The notes below the pieces were generated by a model that was given only the letters and a program-made list of their open reading frames with translations, had not been told where the DNA came from and made no database searches. Below, piece after piece: positions 58,295 through 64,000 of a stretch of 64,000 nucleotides of DNA. Numbering within the stretch: position 1 is the stretch's first letter; each line of letters begins with the position of its first letter. The stretch spans positions 1,264-65,263 of the forward strand of contig JAGBTP010000022.1 of NCBI GenBank assembly GCA_017631255.1, written 5' to 3'. The stretch is from Alistipes sp. (GTDB lineage Bacteria > Bacteroidota > Bacteroidia > Bacteroidales > Rikenellaceae). Made by a program: the position numbers and the translations under genes.

Positions 58295-59299
58295 TTAGAA
58301 AAGGTACTGATCGTGTCGCACGCGCTCTCTGAGCTTGAAAATATCGCGCCACGCCTCCTCGCCGAAGGTTGTGCCCACCACCTCGATGACCTTACCAGCT
58401 GTAATGGCGCCCATCGTGCCGCACTGCCTGAGCGTGAGACCCTCGGTAAGGGCTGCGAGGAATCCCGCAGCGTAGAAGTCGCCCGCACCCGTGGTGTCGA
58501 CGCGCTTGGCAGCAGCCATAATGCCCACCTCGACAACCTCGTCACCTCGCTTGATAAGTGCTCCCTTCATACCCGTCTTAACCACCGTAAGCTCGCACAT
58601 CGCACCGATGTAGTCGAGCGCCTCCTCTGCCCTTGCCTTGCCGCTGAACTCGCGTGCCTCCTCCTCGTTTGCGAAGATGATGTCTACATAGTCGGCCACC
58701 AACGAGCGCAGGAAGTCGAGGTTCTCCCTCACGACATTGAACGACGCAAGGTCGATGACTACCTTTAGCCCCGCAGCCTTAGCCTTAGCCACGGTTGTGC
58801 GGATAAGCCTATGGTCCTGAACGAGATAGCCCTCCACATATAGCGCATCATAGCCCTCGAATATCGCGCTGTCGATATCTTCGGCCTCGAGGTGTGCCGC
58901 AGCGCCGAGGTGCGTGACCAGCGTGCGCTCGCCGTCTGGCGATATGAGCGATACGCACTTGCCAGAGCTGTACTCCGAGCGCAGGATGTAGGGCGCAACG
59001 CCCACATTGCGCAGCGCCTGAATGTAGAAGTCGCCCGTGGTGTCGTAGCCCACCTTACCGATGAAGCCCACCTCGATGCCGAGGCGCGCCATAGCGCGTA
59101 TGGTGTTACCCGCCGAACCGCCAAGCGACAGCGAGTAGGGTAGTCCCGCCACCGACTTAGAGATGTCGGTCTGCAACTGGCTATCCACAAGGCTCATAGA
59201 GCCCTTTTCCAGCTGGTACTCTCCAAGAACGGCGTCGTTCTGGAGGTTAACGAGCATATCCGTGAGGGCATTACCAATGCCAAGTATTCGTTTAATCAT
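58295..59299 (-). CDS. PfkB-family kinase (adenosine kinase-like)
   Basis: GIGNALTD, GGSAGNT, FANEEEA, DTTGAGD. Confidence 0.9.
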   Translation of the reverse strand: MIKRILGIGNALTDMLVNLQNDAVLGEYQLEKGSMSLVDSQLQTDISKSVAGLPYSLSLGGSAGNTIRAMARLGIEVGFIGKVGYDTTGDFYIQALRNVGVAPYILRSEYSSGKCVSLISPDGERTLVTHLGAAAHLEAEDIDSAIFEGYDALYVEGYLVQDHRLIRTTVAKAKAAGLKVVIDLASFNVVRENLDFLRSLVADYVDIIFANEEEAREFSGKARAEEALDYIGAMCELTVVKTGMKGALIKRGDEVVEVGIMAAAKRVDTTGAGDFYAAGFLAALTEGLTLRQCGTMGAITAGKVIEVVGTTFGEEAWRDIFKLRERVRHDQYLF

Positions 59300-59358
59300 A
59301 TGTTTGGGTTGTGCCTCTTTAAGGGGTTGAGTCTCTGTTAAATATCGCTCTACCGCTG

Positions 59359-60339
59359 CTAAATAGATAGGATTTTAACAATCTCCACCTCGCTGCGGTC
59401 AATGTTGCTGCTGTGCTTCGTAGCCTTCGAGAATGGCACATATACCAGCTCGCCATTCTTCGTGCCTATCATCACATTGCGTTGACCCTCAAGGAGTGCG
59501 GTTATGGCCTGAGCACCCATTTTCGAGGCGAGGATTCTATCTGCCGCCGTTGGTGAGCCACCACGCTGTAAGTGTCCAAGTATCGTCACGCGAGCGTCGT
59601 ACTCAGGAAACTCCTCCTTGATGCGCTGTGCCAATCCGAGTGCTCCTCCCGTTTCGGGATTCTCCGCCACAAGTACAATCGCCGAGTTCTTACTCTTTCT
59701 AAAGCCACGATTTATCAGGTCGCCAAGCTGGTCGAGCTCGGTCTCCATCTCAGGTATTATAGCCGCCTCGGCACCCGAAGCTATCGCACCGTTGAGGGCG
59801 AGGTAGCCAGCCATATGTCCCATCACCTCGACAAGGAATAGGCGCTCGTGGCTCGTCGCCGTATCGCGAATCTTATCCACCGCATCGACGATTGTGTTGA
59901 GGGCGGTGTCGTAGCCGATGGTCTCGTCCGTACCACCGAGGTCGTTGTCGATGGTGCCAGGGATGCCGACGATAGGTATGTCGTACTCCTGCGCGAAGAT
60001 GCGGGCACCACTTAGTGAGCCGTCGCCACCGATGACTACGAGTGCGTCGATGCCCTGCGCACGCATATTCTCGTATGCCGTAGCACGACCCTCTGTCGTA
60101 GTGAACTCCTTGCAGCGTGCCGTCTTAAGGATGGTGCCGCCCTGCTGGATGATGTTGCTCACCGACTTCGACGAGAACTCCTCCATCTCGTTGTAAACCA
60201 GGCCATAGTAGCCTCGTTTAATGCCCACGACCCGAAGACCATTATATATTGCGGCGCGCGTCACAGCGCGTATTGCTGCGTTCATACCTGGCGCATCACC
60301 TCCCGAGGTGAGTACACCGATGCACTTTATCTGTGTCAT
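59359..60339 (-). CDS. pfkA: ATP-dependent 6-phosphofructokinase
   Basis: [40 protein letters not shown]. Confidence 0.97.
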   Translation of the reverse strand: MTQIKCIGVLTSGGDAPGMNAAIRAVTRAAIYNGLRVVGIKRGYYGLVYNEMEEFSSKSVSNIIQQGGTILKTARCKEFTTTEGRATAYENMRAQGIDALVVIGGDGSLSGARIFAQEYDIPIVGIPGTIDNDLGGTDETIGYDTALNTIVDAVDKIRDTATSHERLFLVEVMGHMAGYLALNGAIASGAEAAIIPEMETELDQLGDLINRGFRKSKNSAIVLVAENPETGGALGLAQRIKEEFPEYDARVTILGHLQRGGSPTAADRILASKMGAQAITALLEGQRNVMIGTKNGELVYVPFSKATKHSSNIDRSEVEIVKILSI

Positions 60340-60414
60340 ACTTTTTGGTTATTATATATATCAGTGGTAAAGTTACGAAAAATATACCAAAATAGTTTAA
60401 CTAATGGTACAACA

Positions 60415-60448
60415 AAATAGGGGCATCCTGTAACGGACGCCCCTATTT
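60415..60448 (-). terminator. Hairpin terminator (shared-stem family)
   Basis: AAATAGGGGCATCC-tgtaac-GGACGCCCCTATTT. Confidence 0.8.
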
Positions 60449-60560
60449 CTATTCATTTAGCCTCGATTAATCTCACTTTCGATTAGCCTTAATTGCCTCG
60501 CCTCATTTGCTCGATTAACCGCCCGCTATGTTTGTCTATCTTGCCCCTTGGGAGGTTGGA

Positions 60561-62513
60561 TTAGATCTGACCCTCACCACGGTAGTCCTCGACAGCAGCC
60601 TTTGAGGTGAGAGCCTCGATAGCTACGCGACTCATTGCGCTCTCGCGCTGTGTCATATCTGGAGTACGCTCCTCCTCGATAGTAGCTGGGTCGATGGTGC
60701 CGTTGATAGACTCAACAACGAATACATAAGCACCTGCGTTACCCTTAACCTTGGTCTCAACGCCTGTCTGGCGAGTAGCTGCGATAGCACCTATAAGAGC
60801 CTGCTCGTAGCGACCGTCAACATTGTTGTCGGTGAACTTAACGCCAGCGAACTTACCGCTCTCAGCGCCCTCGATGGTAGCACCCATAGCGAGCTGCGAT
60901 GCGATAGCCTCGTACTGCTTCTCGCGCTCGAGGGTAGTCTTGATGAACATATCGTTCTTAGGAGCAAACTCGTTCTCGTCGATAGCAGCAACCATAGCTA
61001 CATAGATTACATTCTCACCGTGGAAGTTCTTCATAGCACCTACCTCAGCGTCGTATGCCCAAACGGCGATGTTGCGTGAGTTGCTGATACCGCGTACACC
61101 GCGTGTGCGGCCCTGCATAGGAGTGTAGTCGTTGCGGTTAGCAGTGGTTACAAGTACCTGGTAGTGAGCTGCGTTAGCTGCCTCGTTGAAGGTCTCAACG
61201 CTCTGGCCTGCCTCAGCCATAAACTTCTCAACGCTCTTAACGATCTCGTTGTTGGTACGCTCGCTTGCCTTCACGGTCTTGCTCACCTCAGCAATGAGTG
61301 CAAAGCGCTCCTTGTCACCAACCTTAGTGATCTTAACAACGGCTGGCTTGTGGTTGTGAGTGTATGTGAAGATATCGCCCTCCTTCTTACCGATGAAGTT
61401 CTTAGCGTCGCTCTCGTTCATCTTAACCATCTCGCGAGTATCGGTAGCAACATCTACTGCAGTCTCGAGCTTTGTGAAATCGCCGCCGTTAGCCTTAAGA
61501 GTCTCAACGAGCTCGTTAGCCTCGATGATGTTACCCATCTCAACAACCTCGAACTCATATGATGCAGGTACGGTAACATCCGATACGAGGTAGCTTGCCT
61601 TCCAAGTCTCGCCCTCGAGAACAGGACCATACTGCTTGCTGCTCTTGAACGCCTCCTGAACCTTGCCATCTACTGAAGAGTAGAGCTTGTAAGTATCAAC
61701 CTTACCGCCGATAGAGCGTACAGCCTGCTTGATAGCGCTGCTGTCACCCTTAGCCTCAGCTACTGCCTGATTTACAGCCATTACCTGCTCCTCAACAGCT
61801 GCCATATCCTCCTCGGTAGGAGCGATCTCGAATGCTACATAGCGGAGTGTGCGAGCGCCGAAGTTCTTGTTCTCGGTTTTGTTAGCCTCGTAGTAAGCGT
61901 CGATCTCCTCCTGGCTAACCTCAACTGCTGGCATAGCCTTATAAGGAACAGCTACATAGCTACCGTCGAAGGTGAGCTTGTCAGCGCGAAGTGCATCCTC
62001 AACCTCAAGACGGTTAACATAGTTACCAGCGCTGTACACCTTGTTGAACTTCTGGTAGCTAAGGTTAAGGCCGATGGTTGGGAGGCTGTTGATCCACTGG
62101 TTCTGAACCATCATAGTGATCTGGTCAGCTGGCCAGCCGTACATCTTGTACATCTCTGCAACCTGCTGGCTGAACACCTTTGCGTAAGCCTTGATGTCTG
62201 CCTCAGCCACGCCAAGACCTACTGCCTCGAGTGCTGGTGCTGAGAAGTTCTCGTAAATAGCTGTCTGGTAAGCGTAGTCTGACTTGTTGTCGTCAGAGAG
62301 GTTAGTATCGCGGAAAGTCTCCTGATACTGAGCATACTTCGATGCCTTTACCTCCTCACCGTTGACTGTCATAACAGTCTCGTCCTGTGGCATATCGCTC
62401 TTGCGGTTCTGCATAGAGAGCTGATCGCCAAGAATAAATGCAACAAGTACCAAGGCAATAACTACTGAGAGTACAATGCCGTACTTGGTTCTTAAAGTGT
62501 TTAATGATGCCAT
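60561..62513 (-). CDS. PpiD-like membrane-anchored chaperone (SurA-N / degenerate PPIase)
   Basis: MASLNTLRTK...LVAFILGD anchor, VNGEEV, EEIDAYY, VEDYR; promoter element at 62552-62559. Confidence 0.75.
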   Translation of the reverse strand: MASLNTLRTKYGIVLSVVIALVLVAFILGDQLSMQNRKSDMPQDETVMTVNGEEVKASKYAQYQETFRDTNLSDDNKSDYAYQTAIYENFSAPALEAVGLGVAEADIKAYAKVFSQQVAEMYKMYGWPADQITMMVQNQWINSLPTIGLNLSYQKFNKVYSAGNYVNRLEVEDALRADKLTFDGSYVAVPYKAMPAVEVSQEEIDAYYEANKTENKNFGARTLRYVAFEIAPTEEDMAAVEEQVMAVNQAVAEAKGDSSAIKQAVRSIGGKVDTYKLYSSVDGKVQEAFKSSKQYGPVLEGETWKASYLVSDVTVPASYEFEVVEMGNIIEANELVETLKANGGDFTKLETAVDVATDTREMVKMNESDAKNFIGKKEGDIFTYTHNHKPAVVKITKVGDKERFALIAEVSKTVKASERTNNEIVKSVEKFMAEAGQSVETFNEAANAAHYQVLVTTANRNDYTPMQGRTRGVRGISNSRNIAVWAYDAEVGAMKNFHGENVIYVAMVAAIDENEFAPKNDMFIKTTLEREKQYEAIASQLAMGATIEGAESGKFAGVKFTDNNVDGRYEQALIGAIAATRQTGVETKVKGNAGAYVFVVESINGTIDPATIEEERTPDMTQRESAMSRVAIEALTSKAAVEDYRGEGQI

Positions 62514-62646
62514 AAAAATTATTGTTTTATCGTTAATTTCAATTAAGCCTCCAAAGGTAGTAAAATTTTATTAAACAACACCACTCTTGGGTTGAAAAAT
62601 TAGCTTATCGCCAGCTTTGTCGCTAAAATATGGCCATTGCCTGCCC

Positions 62647-63900
62647 TTATCGCTGCTTCTGCCTTATCTCCACAAGGTCGAGACGCGAGCCCTCACGACG
62701 CAATATCTTGAGTGCGAAGAGGTCATTGTCGAAGGTCTCGCCCTCGTGCGGTATGCCTCCACGCTCCGCGATGATGTATCCTGCCAGGGTGTCATACTCG
62801 TCGCTTTCGGGTATTCCGAGCGCATACTCCTCGTTGAGATACTCCACCTCGAGGCGTGCCGAGAACATCCAGGTGTGCTCCTCGAGTCTCTTCTCGACGA
62901 GCTCCTGAACATCGTGCTCATCCTCAATCTCGCCAAAAATCTGTTCAAGCACATCTTCGAGCGATATGATGCCCGCCGTACCGCAAAACTCGTCGATAAC
63001 GACGGCGATGCTCGCCTTACGCTTGGTGAAGGTCTCGAGCATTGCCTGCAAAGGCATTGTTTCAGCTACATAGATGGTCTTGATGATTACATCGGATATG
63101 GCCTGAGGCCTCTCAAAGAGGCTCTTCGAGTTGACATAGCCGATGATGTTGTCTATGGTGTCGTGCCATACGAAGATACGCGAGTAGTTGGTCTCGACGA
63201 AGCGCTGCGTCAGCTCCTCTATTGTCGTTGACTCGAGGTCTACGGCCTCCACATCTACGCGCTGCACCATACAATCTCTCACCCTGAGGTCGGCAAAGTC
63301 GAGGGCATTTTGGAAGAGGCGAATATCCTCCTCGTCCTCGCTATCTACCGCCACATTATCCGCCTCGACGAGCGATGCCAGGTCGTCACGGTTGAACTCC
63401 ATAGGCTCGTTGCGCGCCTCTACACGGTTACCCGTTAGGCGTAGCAGGCCGTATGAGAGTAGGGTTGTGAGCCTTGAGATGGGGTATAATATAATATAGA
63501 ATAGAAATATCACGGGCGAGAGCACCGAATAGTAGAAGTTCGGGTTATGCCTAACTATCGACTTAGGGATGTACTCGCCGATGAAGATGATAACCACGGT
63601 CGAGATGATGGTCTGCGCCAGGGTGTTGTCGATGCCAAAGGCAGAGAGCAGTAGCTTTGACATAAACATTGAGTAGACGACAAGCGCAATGTTGTTACCT
63701 ACGAGGATGGTGGTTATGTAGTTGCTCGAGTTGCGCGAGAACACCTCTGCAATGTGGTTAAACAGCGGGTTCTGCTTTCTGTCGATCTCCTCTCGCAGAC
63801 GGTTACGCCCCAAGAATGCTATCTCCATTCCCGAGAAAAATGCCGAGAATAGTAGCATAATGGCTATGGTCAGAATCATCGTAAGTGCTCCCTCTTCCAT
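62647..63900 (-). CDS. Hemolysin-family CNNM/DUF21-CBS-CorC protein
   Basis: SAFFSGMEIAF, LVGNNIA, GEYIPK, YSRI, DEFCGTAG, EIEDEHD, TLAGYI. Confidence 0.92.
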   Translation of the reverse strand: MEEGALTMILTIAIMLLFSAFFSGMEIAFLGRNRLREEIDRKQNPLFNHIAEVFSRNSSNYITTILVGNNIALVVYSMFMSKLLLSAFGIDNTLAQTIISTVVIIFIGEYIPKSIVRHNPNFYYSVLSPVIFLFYIILYPISRLTTLLSYGLLRLTGNRVEARNEPMEFNRDDLASLVEADNVAVDSEDEEDIRLFQNALDFADLRVRDCMVQRVDVEAVDLESTTIEELTQRFVETNYSRIFVWHDTIDNIIGYVNSKSLFERPQAISDVIIKTIYVAETMPLQAMLETFTKRKASIAVVIDEFCGTAGIISLEDVLEQIFGEIEDEHDVQELVEKRLEEHTWMFSARLEVEYLNEEYALGIPESDEYDTLAGYIIAERGGIPHEGETFDNDLFALKILRREGSRLDLVEIRQKQR

Positions 63901-64000
63901 ACTTGTGTCGCTTAGCAGTCTTAAGGCCTATGGCTCTGCTTGCGGGGTTAAATCGTTATGAGTTAATTGCTTATTTCTATTATAATATATGTATCGCTCG

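Noticed and set aside
63901-64000. Tail of an upstream gene at the window edge
   Set aside because: Too short to assign a frame or product

Overview
A 64-kb gene-dense core-chromosome segment from a GC-rich Bacteroidota genome, most likely Alistipes-like (Rikenellaceae). The assignment is inferred from TAnnTTTG promoters, gene content, futalosine-type MqnE and PlsX. It carries a two-component system divergent from a TonB-C protein, a full rseC-rnfBCDGEA operon, nadE, a glycogen/alpha-glucan cluster (GH133-GT4-GH57), yceD-rpmF-plsX, groES-groEL, rarA, nupG, tRNA-Gln(CTG), thrS-infC, pdxA, a fabH-like gene, rplS, trmH-rnz-trxB, tgt-lptG-mqnE-rluA-ygiQ, pfkA and other genes. I found no transposase, integrase, prophage, CRISPR or defence system. 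The best leads are: (1) an MqnE radical SAM enzyme fused in frame to a TM helix and PASTA domains; (2) two sigma54-type -24/-12 promoters (groES, ytxH), both with upstream TGTCA-containing elements; (3) a pair of small paralogous membrane proteins with an H-x-W-M-P motif upstream of thrS; (4) structured leaders on thrS and rplS; (5) a family of nine intergenic hairpins sharing a GGGnYRYCC stem; (6) enzymes missing catalytic residues (NadE glutaminase Cys; a GT2 without DxD coupled to an ECF sigma); (7) a LicD-GT2 fusion; (8) short-period repeat arrays after stop codons; (9) apparent strong CATG avoidance. All calls come from reading motifs by eye; no database searches were run.
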